Virus record (IMG/VR): IMGVR_UViG_3300033183_000299
Coordinates: 107,508 to 171,507 of that record
Reading direction: 5' to 3' (one strand)
DNA: 64,000 bases
DNA from: a virus
This document shows positions 26,540-36,444 of this stretch, one piece after another. The position numbers and the translations under genes are program-made. The notes under the pieces are model-generated. The model ran no database searches. It had not been told where the DNA came from and was given only the letters and a program-made list of their open reading frames with translations. The number at the start of each line of letters is the position of its first letter. The first letter of the stretch is position 1.

Positions 26540-26923
26540 TTATTTGTTTATCTCCATCATAATCTTCTCGGCTATATCTGAGACCTGAGCAGCTGGGATT
26601 CCGAGTGTGTTAGTTAAATAACCTGTAAGATCGAATCCTTCATCTTGTAGATTTTTAGCGATCTCCTTTGCTGCGAATCCGGCCCGTGAAATGGACGATA
26701 TCCCAGCGTCATCTCTTAAAATTTTGGCAATTTCCATTTTCATTTGCATGTCTGGAGTGGAAAAATCTGGTGTTTCTCGTCTATCGGATGGGTGAAGATT
26801 CGGAGAGGTGTAGTCCCTTGGGTTTATATCATATTTACTTCTAAAGCGACGGTCGCCTTCGTTTATTACAGCTTCAAGCTCTTCTTTGATAATTCTTTTT
26901 AGGGCTTCTTTTGTGAGCTTCAT
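26540..26923 (-). CDS. Hypothetical protein with MKLTKEALKRIIKEELE leader
   Basis: Shared leader, late motif at 26957-26964. Confidence 0.65.
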   Translation of the reverse strand: MKLTKEALKRIIKEELEAVINEGDRRFRSKYDINPRDYTSPNLHPSDRRETPDFSTPDMQMKMEIAKILRDDAGISSISRAGFAAKEIAKNLQDEGFDLTGYLTNTLGIPAAQVSDIAEKIMMEINK

Positions 26924-26948
26924 TTTGATGTCTCCGCTAAATGAATGA

Positions 26949-27467
26949 TTATGCTTTAAATAGTTGCATAAATTGTTCTTCGCTTACACCATCTGGGAGA
27001 AACTTAGCGATCGACTCTCCGTTTCGTAATGCTTCTCGGAACTGCGTGGCGGATAGTTCATCCTTCATTTCAAACATCGGAACTTCGATTGTGTTGAAGC
27101 GAGTTGTCTTAAAGTATTTCATGAAACGCTCTTGATAGACGGCATCCTTTGAAGAGCACCCAAGACCCATCGGCTCATTCACTCTTGTCTCGGCATAGTC
27201 ATAGCAATCGCTCAAAGGATTGGTGTAAGGGCCTTTCTTGCCTTCTCTAAGGGTTGCCCTGCGGTATGTTAGTTTTGGGTGCTCAAGCAAGCCGTAGAGG
27301 TCAAGGATCGCCTCCGTTGTCTCGAGACAGAATTCGTCTCGCTCTTTTGATCCAATGTAAAGACGAACTTCTTTAACGTCGGGATTGTCGAGATAAAACT
27401 TAATGTAGTCATAGTGACCTTTGTGAGGTGGCTTAAAGCCGCCTGGGATTAAAACTGTGTATTGCAT
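26949..27467 (-). CDS. HIGH-family (cytidyltransferase-like) nucleotidyltransferase
   Basis: PGGFKPPHKGH and SATQFREAL motifs. Confidence 0.8.
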   Translation of the reverse strand: MQYTVLIPGGFKPPHKGHYDYIKFYLDNPDVKEVRLYIGSKERDEFCLETTEAILDLYGLLEHPKLTYRRATLREGKKGPYTNPLSDCYDYAETRVNEPMGLGCSSKDAVYQERFMKYFKTTRFNTIEVPMFEMKDELSATQFREALRNGESIAKFLPDGVSEEQFMQLFKA

Positions 27468-27486
27468 ATGTCCTCCGTGTTTTAGT

Positions 27487-27515
27487 AATGTAACACGTTT
27501 GGATCATCTTGTCAA
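27487..27515 (-). promoter_or_regulatory. Early sigma70-type promoter
   Basis: TTGACA-17 nt-TACATT with CGTGT. Confidence 0.75.
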
Positions 27516-27529
27516 GTAAAAAGTTTAAA

Positions 27530-27787
27530 TTAATAATCACCTAAGGCATCAGCCAGGGCTTCTGCTTGGTTATAATCTCTGACTTCTTGTTCGCGAGTCT
27601 TCGGTGTTCCATCGGGTTTAGTTCTAGATGCAAGTTCTCTAATTTTAGGATGTGGATGATCGAGTAGTCGCTTTCTCTTTTCTAATGCCGCTTGTATGTC
27701 TGGGCTGATATAAGTTTTAGAGCCTTCTAAGACAGCTTCAAGCTCTTCTTTAATGATTCTTTTCAAAGATTGTTTTGTAAGTTTCAT
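27530..27787 (-). CDS. Hypothetical protein with MKLTKQSLKRIIKEELE leader
   Basis: Shared leader, late motif ACTAGTTA at 27810-27817. Confidence 0.65.
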   Translation of the reverse strand: MKLTKQSLKRIIKEELEAVLEGSKTYISPDIQAALEKRKRLLDHPHPKIRELASRTKPDGTPKTREQEVRDYNQAEALADALGDY

Positions 27788-27812
27788 GATTTAATCTCCT
27801 GTGTATTCTTAA

Positions 27813-28328
27813 CTAGTCTCGAACATCAAAATGAGACATCGCAACAACAATAGCATCAGCTTCGTCATCGAGTCCTGGTTTTGGATTTCCATGATTGGTA
27901 TATTCCATAATGAAGCCGTCAATGTTTTCATTTACCCATTCCAATACGACAACCTTTGCCTTTGTTCCTCTTGGGACTTTAATGCCGCATCTGGATCGTG
28001 CTGTGGTGGCTCCAACGAGCGTTGGTGGTTTACCTAGGTGTTGATAGGCTAAGAGGCTTACCATGCCGTTAAACCGCTGTAGAGAGCTCATAGTCTTTGC
28101 TGTGGTCTTACCTCCGGAGAACATTGAGAATGGCTCTTCAATTCTAACCTCGGAGATCTGATACTTGGCGAACAGAGGTTCGAGAACCTTTTGCTCTAGA
28201 GCCTCTGCTCTTTCTTCTAAAGGTGTCTTTGGTTTGGTCTTGAAGAAGTCTGAGTCAACATACTTTCCATCTTCGTCAATAATAGCCCAACCAATCCTTG
28301 AGGTTGAGACGTCAAGTCCCATAATCAT
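27813..28328 (-). CDS. RuvC-like Holliday junction resolvase
   Basis: IMGLDVSTSRIGWA, IEEP, DEADAIVVA acidic catalytic motifs. ATG 28328 with GGAG SD. Confidence 0.8.
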   Translation of the reverse strand: MIMGLDVSTSRIGWAIIDEDGKYVDSDFFKTKPKTPLEERAEALEQKVLEPLFAKYQISEVRIEEPFSMFSGGKTTAKTMSSLQRFNGMVSLLAYQHLGKPPTLVGATTARSRCGIKVPRGTKAKVVVLEWVNENIDGFIMEYTNHGNPKPGLDDEADAIVVAMSHFDVRD

Positions 28329-28383
28329 TTTAGCTCCAAATGCTTTGTTTCTAAACTTTTTAGTCAAAAAGTAATAGTTTTTG

Positions 28384-28412
28384 TTGACATATTTAAAATA
28401 ATATGTTATAAT
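28384..28412 (+). promoter_or_regulatory. Perfect-consensus sigma70 promoter on the non-coding strand
   Basis: TTGACA-17 nt-TATAAT with TG extension. Confidence 0.6.
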
Positions 28413-28438
28413 ACATTAATAATAAGAAGTATAATAAT

Positions 28439-28467
28439 AGTATAACATATAGAAGGGAGTATGTCAA
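28439..28467 (-). promoter_or_regulatory. Early promoter for the ruvC-like gene
   Basis: TTGACA-17 nt-TATACT with TG extension. Confidence 0.7.
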
Positions 28468-28472
28468 GTAAA

Positions 28473-29735
28473 TTATAAATCTATTTTCATTTTAAATGTA
28501 AACTCATCATTAATAGTTTTCTTAACTGGTTTCGCCATTGATGTTATAGCGATCAAATTACCATCTTCATCATAGATGTTTACTTTAGATATATATGTTG
28601 TCTTCTCAAATGAAGCAGATGCGTAAGATGCAGAAACTACATTTGCTATATTTGTTGAGCCTTCTACAAATCTATAACCAGAACCTGTTACATTAACCTT
28701 ATCTTCTTCTAAGTTTCTATAGGTTGGATTGTTTGAATGATTAAGGTGTCCCTTTTTAGCATGGGCAAACATAGTCATTGTGTTAACATAGTTTGTCCCC
28801 TCGAAGTTAAGATCAAACGAGGCAGACGCTAGAGAGTTTGACGACCCAGTTGTATCATTTAAGGTTGTAGCAAAGTTGGTCCATCTTAAACTGTCTTGAC
28901 CAAACGGAGGAAAGAATATTAATTCCTCTGTTGGATTTAAAGCTGCCGAACTAGTAAGCATGACTATGCCTTCATCATACATCACAAGCCCAACTACAGA
29001 TCCAGAGGTTGAACCATATGTGCCTATCAACTCTCCATTGTGATTAACATCCGCACAGGTAGCAGCTTTAGAACCAGTGAGATAATATGAAAGCTCAACC
29101 GAGCCTTTTTTGATGGATGATCCATAATACATGCTAGGGATATTTATCAAATTTACAGTTGACTCTAGCAAGTTTCTTTGAAGAATAGATGAAGAAAATT
29201 CAAAGTGATTAGAAAGTGTTGTATACTTCTTCGCAACGTTTTGTAGAGCCGATGCTGTTAAATTTATTGGGTTGTCAAAATTAACTACTTGAGAGTAGGT
29301 TCTTTGTCTGGATGCATCCCAATAGTCAACCGTAGTTGATGAAACTGCGTAAGTCAAGTTCCTGGTTATTGGAGACTCAAAAGAGTACTCACTCTCCAAT
29401 TCTTGAAATGGGGGATAGACGCGCATCTTATCTGTTGCTGCATACTTCCTCTTATAGAAGTGAGCACCTGGTCCTGCATCTACTGTCTTGACTAATGGTT
29501 GAAAAACTTTTGATTTAAAAACTGGCTTCTCGGAACTAGTTTCAACAAATGGAGTTGCTGCATTTGAACCAGTCAAGTTTCTGTTTATGTCGTAGACTGG
29601 TAAACCACCGGAGCCACTTATTCTAGACTCCGAGTTGATATAGACTTGCCCCTGATAGATTAAGACATTGTATTTCGGATAAGTCTTTAGTCTGTTGATA
29701 AAGAGGTCGTCTGGTTCGAATTTAAATCTATGCAT
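28473..29735 (-). CDS. Tail/baseplate-associated structural protein
   Basis: IKKGS and C-terminal YISKVNIYDEDGNLIA...KPVKK...FKMKIDL, paralogous to the next gene. Confidence 0.65.
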   Translation of the reverse strand: MHRFKFEPDDLFINRLKTYPKYNVLIYQGQVYINSESRISGSGGLPVYDINRNLTGSNAATPFVETSSEKPVFKSKVFQPLVKTVDAGPGAHFYKRKYAATDKMRVYPPFQELESEYSFESPITRNLTYAVSSTTVDYWDASRQRTYSQVVNFDNPINLTASALQNVAKKYTTLSNHFEFSSSILQRNLLESTVNLINIPSMYYGSSIKKGSVELSYYLTGSKAATCADVNHNGELIGTYGSTSGSVVGLVMYDEGIVMLTSSAALNPTEELIFFPPFGQDSLRWTNFATTLNDTTGSSNSLASASFDLNFEGTNYVNTMTMFAHAKKGHLNHSNNPTYRNLEEDKVNVTGSGYRFVEGSTNIANVVSASYASASFEKTTYISKVNIYDEDGNLIAITSMAKPVKKTINDEFTFKMKIDL

Positions 29736-29741
29736 AGCATC

Positions 29742-30875
29742 CTAGTAGTCCAAACGTGCTCTAAATGTTAATTCAATATTTGAATCTTTACGGATTGGCT
29801 CAGAAAATTTACCAACAGCTAACAACTGATTATCTGCCGAGTATAATCCGATCGACGTGATATAAGAAACTGGTGTGTCGGTTCCTTGATTCTTAACTCT
29901 AATTTGAGATCCACTAAGGTATGTTGGGTTTGCACTGTAATTAAATTCGTTATGTTTCGCACGACAGAAATAAACAGTTGAATTCAGCTCGATTGTGTTG
30001 TTGAACTGGACATTGTACATTCTAGTTCTAAATCCATTTGCTGAGCCTGAGATTTCTTCATTTACAACAGATCCTGTAAATGAGTTAGATCCTGCATCCC
30101 AAATTGCGTTACCGTTGAGCAAGAAGCCACCATCGGCATCGCCCATAAATACAGATGAAGTTAAGACTGCTACACCTGCTTGATAGTAAATCAATCCAGC
30201 TTTCCAGTAGGTGTTTCCATCTGAAAGTGTTGCTGTGTGAGTGCTGGATGTATCAAGGATACCAGTTCCTGCGGAAGCTGTGGCGTAAAGTATTCCATAT
30301 TCTCCAGCTGGAGAGTTGACTTTAAATGAGTTTTCTGCTCCAAAATCTAAGATCTTAATTCTTTCACTGAAGACACTACCGTCTGTAGCGTAGGAAGCAT
30401 TGGTCCCCACTTCTAATTCAAATGACCCCTTTTTGATTTCATCTTTCGTAAGTAAGCGAGAAAATGAGACAAATGCTGCTTCATTGATCTTATCTGCTGT
30501 TGTGGAGAGGTTTCCATCTTCATCAAACTTTTGAATATTACCATCTTGATCATAGCCCATTAAAACTTGAGCCATTTGATTATAGATGTTGTTCTTCTTT
30601 GCTGCTTGCACATCTGCAGATACAATATCTGGGTATAATGCGGAGTCTTCACTAGCTCCAAAAGTTAGATCAAAAATATGGTTAGCTGAGGAGCTCAAAT
30701 ACGGATAGTCATAGACTGACTGAAACATTCCGTGAGTAAAGTCCTGAACATTTGAGGGTTCACCGGCATCAACATATGTTCCACTAACAATCGTACCAGT
30801 GATGGGGATCGCTTCGTGTAATAAAGTTTTAGTTGAAATTCTGTCGTCTGCTGCTAATGGTTTGAAGATAGTCAT
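29742..30875 (-). CDS. Tail/baseplate-associated structural protein
   Basis: IKKGS, FNYSANPT, YITSIGLY...LLAVGKFSEPIRK...RLDY. Confidence 0.65.
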   Translation of the reverse strand: MTIFKPLAADDRISTKTLLHEAIPITGTIVSGTYVDAGEPSNVQDFTHGMFQSVYDYPYLSSSANHIFDLTFGASEDSALYPDIVSADVQAAKKNNIYNQMAQVLMGYDQDGNIQKFDEDGNLSTTADKINEAAFVSFSRLLTKDEIKKGSFELEVGTNASYATDGSVFSERIKILDFGAENSFKVNSPAGEYGILYATASAGTGILDTSSTHTATLSDGNTYWKAGLIYYQAGVAVLTSSVFMGDADGGFLLNGNAIWDAGSNSFTGSVVNEEISGSANGFRTRMYNVQFNNTIELNSTVYFCRAKHNEFNYSANPTYLSGSQIRVKNQGTDTPVSYITSIGLYSADNQLLAVGKFSEPIRKDSNIELTFRARLDY

Positions 30876-30885
30876 TTTTTATTCC

Positions 30886-31821
30886 TTATACTTTTGCGAA
30901 TCTTACTGGGATATCTAAAGAGTAGCCAGTTGTCATTCCCGTAACTCTTACGATTGAGTCAATATAGCTTACTTCCTGAGGGTCTCCACCGATATCAGTA
31001 AAAGTTGTGGAGTCAGTTGATCCAATTCTATTAAACAAAAAGTCTGATACTCGTAAGTCTTGCGAAGATCTGATTTTAAATTCTAAAGTAGATGCAATTG
31101 GTCCGTCGATAGGAGTTGATGAGTCATTTGGATTTTCTTGGCTTGGAGTTCGAACAAACGCATCACCTGGCTGCTTTGTAAAGATATAGGTAGCAATGTA
31201 GTCATCATCTCTTGAAGCAAAGCCTGGGAAACTCTTTCCGTCTTTAGAGACAATTTGACCAAGACGATCATCAATCTCTACCATGAATTGTGTTTCAATT
31301 AAAGATTCGTCAATCTCAGTAACATCTGTTGAGTCAATACCTGCGTCGACACGAATGTATCCACCAAGAGTATCAGTATCTCTACCATACAAAAATCCGT
31401 CTCTAACTCCATTAGAGTCATATCCAATTGCTGTGGTGGTTCCAAGTTCTCTATCGTCGAACGTTCTCTTATCAACACACACAACGTAATTGTTGTCTGT
31501 GGTTTGACGAGCTTGTGGAGGAACGGTGTTTAGCCTCAATACTGGTAAGTAAAGGAGGTTTTGATTCGCTAGAGAAAGCAGCTTAGATTTCATCATGGAA
31601 CCATTGTTTGTGAATGCTTCTAAAATTGGTGTTTGAAGAATTGATAGATCCTGCAAAGCGGTCGTTTGATTTAAATCAAATAAGCCGTAGTTAATCTCAT
31701 CGTCTCCAAGAGCGAATTTTACAATTGAAAAGCTATTGTTGCCTTGGGCCAATCTTCGTCGCCCTTCATCGGTTAAGACGACATCTAAAATGATATCGCC
31801 ACTATTATTTTGAAAAGCCAT
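30886..31821 (-). CDS. Tail/baseplate-associated structural protein
   Basis: LTDEGRRRLAQG...KFALGDDEINY N-terminus. Late-motif variant at 31845-31852. Confidence 0.65.
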   Translation of the reverse strand: MAFQNNSGDIILDVVLTDEGRRRLAQGNNSFSIVKFALGDDEINYGLFDLNQTTALQDLSILQTPILEAFTNNGSMMKSKLLSLANQNLLYLPVLRLNTVPPQARQTTDNNYVVCVDKRTFDDRELGTTTAIGYDSNGVRDGFLYGRDTDTLGGYIRVDAGIDSTDVTEIDESLIETQFMVEIDDRLGQIVSKDGKSFPGFASRDDDYIATYIFTKQPGDAFVRTPSQENPNDSSTPIDGPIASTLEFKIRSSQDLRVSDFLFNRIGSTDSTTFTDIGGDPQEVSYIDSIVRVTGMTTGYSLDIPVRFAKV

Positions 31822-31876
31822 GTGTTCTTTCTCCTATTCTCCAATAAATAGCTTATTTTAAAGTTTATTTCTTTTT

Positions 31877-34126
31877 CTACTCAAAACTATCGTCTTTTGA
31901 TAGCTTGAAACGGATGTTCAAGTCTACCTTCTTCCCTGTGTGTTTCGAGGTCACTCTTATTTTAAACAGTCTCTCTGATTCTAAAGAGAGAAGACTGCCT
32001 TCATCAAGGGTGAAACTATTTTTGTCTTCTTCGCTAAATATGAGCCTGTTGAAATTAGGAGTGATTTTCATTATCCTCTTCATCATTTTTTGATAATTAT
32101 AGTTCTTATCTTTGGGGTACCTATATTGCTTAACGTTTATTTTATACTCATCCGAGTCTCTCAAGAGTTCAACTTCATAGGGAATAGTCAAGTTTGATGG
32201 CGTACCGTGATAGGTTAAGGCTCGAAAAGCATAATAGTACTTTTCATTCACCATAATGTTGTCTGAAAAGAAACCATTCATATTATCTAATTCTGAGATT
32301 GGGAAACTTGTATTGTTGCCTAGGAAAACGAGAGAGGATTTATCATCAACTGTTGTCAAAAAAGCATCTTCAAAATCAACCTCCGAAGCTGGCGGTTGTC
32401 GGGTCCTATAAACTTCATAAATACCTGTGAAGTAATCTGGGCTCACCTTGTTACCTTTTGATATAGACAGTAGGTCGACAAGTCTCCTATCCCTTTCAGT
32501 TAGAGGCAAAAGGTCTCTCATGACTTCTTCATTGCCCATTGAAGATACGCTTTCTACAGTAAAGAAGTTTGGACTAAATGTAAAATTTATAGACGGCTCT
32601 GTTTTTGAGTTATAAAAATTAACTTGAGGAGGTAACGTTGGAGAGTCTACAAAAGCAACCTCATCGTAGTCCACTTCGTACTCTAAAACTTGAAAAGATG
32701 GCGAGATGTCAACGTCAACATAGGCTCTATATTCCTCATCTATAATTGAAGAGTATTCCGATGGAGAAAACGATGGGCTTTCACCTTCTGGAGATTGAAG
32801 TGTTATATCGTCAATATTGTAGAAGAGGTTTGAATAGCTATACGAACTACCCAGTATTCCAAGTAAAACCTTTGTCTTGTAGATATATCTTCGTCCATAC
32901 TTTAGTTGAGTATCGATGAAGTCCTTGTCGTTTGTATAGTATGTTTGGATTGGTCCAGTTGCATCATTGTCTAGGTACTTCTCTATCTTATATCCCAAAA
33001 AGAATGTTTTCGATGAACTAGAGTTAAGTATGTTTCTTAGGTCTCTAGATTCCGAGTTTATAAATTGTCTCATCTCGGATAGAAATCTAACAGCAGATAC
33101 TTGGTTAGCAAAACGCATTGAATCGTGAGAGTGGCGAATTTGATCCTCAGGCAAAAGAAAGACTTCGTCCGACATTTCTGTCATATTAATTATTCTTGTA
33201 GAGGTCATCATTTGTATTAAATCATAAAGCCTGACTGTTTGGGACTCTCCCATTATTCTAAAGCTAAGCTGTTGAAAGGTCAAATTTTGCTTAATTGATT
33301 GAAACAAGTTCTTGGTCTTTCCGTGCTTGTCTAAAATATCTTTAAATTGCGAGTACCTCACATTTGATCCCAACAAGGGCAATGTCTTCTTATAATGAAA
33401 TGGGAAAGCCGTTGGGCCCATTAGCGGTTGGGTCCCTAAAACAACTGTCGATACGGCGAGAGGGTGATCTGCTCGCTGAGTTGTTTGAAGGTCAAAAATG
33501 TTTCTCTGCTTTGTAGATATTTCATTAACAATTCCATCATATGAGGATACTCTATTCGGAAATTGATTCATGGCGGTCATAAGTGTTGACTTGTTCGTAA
33601 TCATGAAACCAGATGCGTCATCAAATGTAGTCTTGATGTCTGCTAGTTTCCGAACTGCTTCTGACTTTTCTTTATAAGGATAAGATACAAGATTCCAATT
33701 AAGAAGGGAATTGGAGTTATATCTTTTCGTAGAATCCTCATATGATGCGTTGTGATAGTTCTTGTGAAAAGAGTTTTCGATGTCTGGTGTGTAGAAGTCG
33801 AATTGATGATCAACAAAAGATGATCCATTCGATACAATAGAATTAACATACTCTTCCCATTGAAGATAGTCTCTGAAGGTTCGAGGCTCTCCGGTGAAAT
33901 AAATTCTAGCCTTCTTTGTTGGAATAAGAGTTTGAGTATTCGTCTCTAGTGTCTCAATGTGATGCTTCTTTATTCGTGTCTTAAAATTTACAAATTGAGT
34001 TGGCATGCTAGTTGTGGAGGGTCTCTCCTGCTCCGGAGAGAAGTATGATCCTATCTCGGCTCTAAGCTTGTCTGGGGCATCTTCTAGAGATGTGACTACA
34101 TTCTGCGTGTCTACTATAATAGGCAT
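31877..34126 (-). CDS. Hypothetical structural protein
   Basis: ~749-aa ORF in the tail block. Confidence 0.6.
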   Translation of the reverse strand: MPIIVDTQNVVTSLEDAPDKLRAEIGSYFSPEQERPSTTSMPTQFVNFKTRIKKHHIETLETNTQTLIPTKKARIYFTGEPRTFRDYLQWEEYVNSIVSNGSSFVDHQFDFYTPDIENSFHKNYHNASYEDSTKRYNSNSLLNWNLVSYPYKEKSEAVRKLADIKTTFDDASGFMITNKSTLMTAMNQFPNRVSSYDGIVNEISTKQRNIFDLQTTQRADHPLAVSTVVLGTQPLMGPTAFPFHYKKTLPLLGSNVRYSQFKDILDKHGKTKNLFQSIKQNLTFQQLSFRIMGESQTVRLYDLIQMMTSTRIINMTEMSDEVFLLPEDQIRHSHDSMRFANQVSAVRFLSEMRQFINSESRDLRNILNSSSSKTFFLGYKIEKYLDNDATGPIQTYYTNDKDFIDTQLKYGRRYIYKTKVLLGILGSSYSYSNLFYNIDDITLQSPEGESPSFSPSEYSSIIDEEYRAYVDVDISPSFQVLEYEVDYDEVAFVDSPTLPPQVNFYNSKTEPSINFTFSPNFFTVESVSSMGNEEVMRDLLPLTERDRRLVDLLSISKGNKVSPDYFTGIYEVYRTRQPPASEVDFEDAFLTTVDDKSSLVFLGNNTSFPISELDNMNGFFSDNIMVNEKYYYAFRALTYHGTPSNLTIPYEVELLRDSDEYKINVKQYRYPKDKNYNYQKMMKRIMKITPNFNRLIFSEEDKNSFTLDEGSLLSLESERLFKIRVTSKHTGKKVDLNIRFKLSKDDSFE

Positions 34127-34341
34127 CAATATCCACCTTGTCTTCTTGGTCTCATGGTTTTAGGAGCCTTCCTAACTGGAGGTTGTGGCTCTCCTTCTTC
34201 AACTTTTTCCAAGAGAGATAGTATCCCGGATTTGTTTGGGTCTTGTTTCACTATGATTGAAGTTTGAAATTTTCTAGTTGAAGCTGAAACATCGAGTTGC
34301 TCATCAAAGCCCTCGGTTTCAAAAAAGTCTTGCGCTGCCAT
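34126..34341 (-). CDS. Small hypothetical protein
   Basis: 71 aa, GAGG SD, late motif at 34372-34379. Confidence 0.5.
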   Translation of the reverse strand: MAAQDFFETEGFDEQLDVSASTRKFQTSIIVKQDPNKSGILSLLEKVEEGEPQPPVRKAPKTMRPRRQGGY

Positions 34342-34343
34342 AT

Positions 34344-36443
34344 CTAACCTCGTATATAAATAAGATTACTATAAATAGTAGCAGCGAATTTATCTTTTAC
34401 AATTCCCAATTCTGGTATCTCATAGTCATAAGCCTTCGCCAAGATTGGCCTTCCTGAGTTTAGCACATCTCCCCTTAAGTCTTTATAGATAGGCTTATAA
34501 ACGTCTAGGAAACCTTCTGCGTCCTTTTCAAAGCCAACAAGGGCTCTTATAAGGAAGATGTTTTTCTGTGTCTCCTCAATGATCTCACGAGACTCTGCGT
34601 TCTTGAGAGGATCGGATTGCGGGTTTGGACTAAACTCCGGAGTCATCATATATTTAATTTGTGGAGGAATATCTTCTAGTTGTATTTCCTTTTTCATTAT
34701 CATAGCTCTAGAGTTTGATTTTGGATTCGTTAATTGTATCTCTCTTATGGATCCGATGGCCTTTTCTTTTCTTAAGAACCTTCTTGGTACAATATCCGAT
34801 ACAATAGATAGGATCCTCTTATCTTCACGCTTCATAACTCTTCTAAGGCTTGAAATCAAACTGGTCGTACTAATTGTTGAAAATTGTGACGCATCTCCAA
34901 GCAATTCTTTTGCATCAACGTAGGGGTCGATCTCTTGTTCTGTCGCTCTACCCAAGAGAGTCTTCTTTGGTGGCCCAACCTGTATGTTAAAGCTAGACAT
35001 GATATCTCCAGACATCCTACCTTTAGACAGACTATTTGGAAACACTTGAGAGTTCATTTGTTGCGCTCTTGCTGATTTTGCTAGCCTAAACTGCCTAACT
35101 TCATTAATGGGCATATTAAACATCCCACGATTTGTCGAGATGCTTTTATCTCCGAGAACCAGTTTGGATGGCGTAAGACACGATGGCGCGTTGTCTAATC
35201 TAGAGAAAGAGCTTTTCTCTTGACCGGTCAAAAACTTATTATCTATACTTAGGGAAGGGTAATACTTAGCTTTCTCTTCCATGTATCTACCTGTGTAGTC
35301 TCCGACTGTAAATTTGTTTAATCCCTTTTGGTCATTTGAGAAGACGGAATATCCAAGCTTCTCTTTCTCTATGTCTAGCGACTCTAGAGCATAGACTTCT
35401 AACTTATTAGATTGTGTTTGTGAAGAGTTGATTCTTGAATATTTATTATCTGTTTTAGAGTTCTTATCTTCCGATAGGTACTCTTGTCTTATCCTGTTTG
35501 ATAAAAGTGCTATCTTGTTCAAGCTAGATAATATTGATGATGGGCTGCTTTTTGGAGTTGGAAGAAGAGACTTTAGTATTTCGCCATAGACACCTTTATC
35601 TACATTTTGACTGATTAGCAAAGAGGCGTTGTAGTAATTAAGAGCAGCTTTTCCAAAATCGGAATCTTTAATTCTCTGAGATCCTAGGTTTGTCGAGACA
35701 CTTTCTGAATCAATACCTAATTGACCGAGCACCGACTTTGAGTATTCTTCTTTGAATTTTAAATTTTCGTTATCGTAGTACATTCCTGTTTCGATATTGT
35801 TAAGGTATTTAGTTATAAATTTGGATGACTCGTCCAGTCTTTCGAGTATCAGATTTATATATTCCATAAAATTTGTATCTACTTGCAACTCAATTCGATA
35901 GGAAACTTTGATTAGAGACTTTCTTTCTTTCAAATCATCCGTGATCATGAGCGTCTTAACTCCCATATCTTGAAATAGGGATATCTCTTCAATCGAACAG
36001 ATGATCTTCATATCGTTCAAGTCATCTACGGTTATATTGTTGGCATCAAAAAATGAGTTTTGAGATGAGTCCTTGAGCATTTCCGGATCAAAATCTACTT
36101 TTACTCCGTTTTTTGTCTCGCCTCTTTGTTGCTTCTTTAGAATATTGTTTTCGAAAAACAATTGCGATATTTCCTTTTCGTTTGTTTCAAACTTATCATC
36201 AACCCTAACCATTAAGCTATTCATGTTTGCTTTTTGCTTTATGATCTCTTGGCGATATAGAGATCCGCCAAGCATTTTTGTTGAGCCGTTTATTCTATCA
36301 AATAAAGGCCTATTGAGCTTGAACATTCTTCTGGCTACTTCCGATGTTTCTAGGGCTAATGTGTTCTCGTTGATGTGACATAAGGAGATTATTTGGCCAT
36401 CTTCTGTCTGTGTTTCTATGTTGAACAAAATTGATTTAGGCAT
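34344..36443 (-). CDS. Hypothetical structural protein
   Basis: 699-aa ORF in the tail block. Confidence 0.6.
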   Translation of the reverse strand: MPKSILFNIETQTEDGQIISLCHINENTLALETSEVARRMFKLNRPLFDRINGSTKMLGGSLYRQEIIKQKANMNSLMVRVDDKFETNEKEISQLFFENNILKKQQRGETKNGVKVDFDPEMLKDSSQNSFFDANNITVDDLNDMKIICSIEEISLFQDMGVKTLMITDDLKERKSLIKVSYRIELQVDTNFMEYINLILERLDESSKFITKYLNNIETGMYYDNENLKFKEEYSKSVLGQLGIDSESVSTNLGSQRIKDSDFGKAALNYYNASLLISQNVDKGVYGEILKSLLPTPKSSPSSILSSLNKIALLSNRIRQEYLSEDKNSKTDNKYSRINSSQTQSNKLEVYALESLDIEKEKLGYSVFSNDQKGLNKFTVGDYTGRYMEEKAKYYPSLSIDNKFLTGQEKSSFSRLDNAPSCLTPSKLVLGDKSISTNRGMFNMPINEVRQFRLAKSARAQQMNSQVFPNSLSKGRMSGDIMSSFNIQVGPPKKTLLGRATEQEIDPYVDAKELLGDASQFSTISTTSLISSLRRVMKREDKRILSIVSDIVPRRFLRKEKAIGSIREIQLTNPKSNSRAMIMKKEIQLEDIPPQIKYMMTPEFSPNPQSDPLKNAESREIIEETQKNIFLIRALVGFEKDAEGFLDVYKPIYKDLRGDVLNSGRPILAKAYDYEIPELGIVKDKFAATIYSNLIYIRG

Positions 36444-36444
36444 A

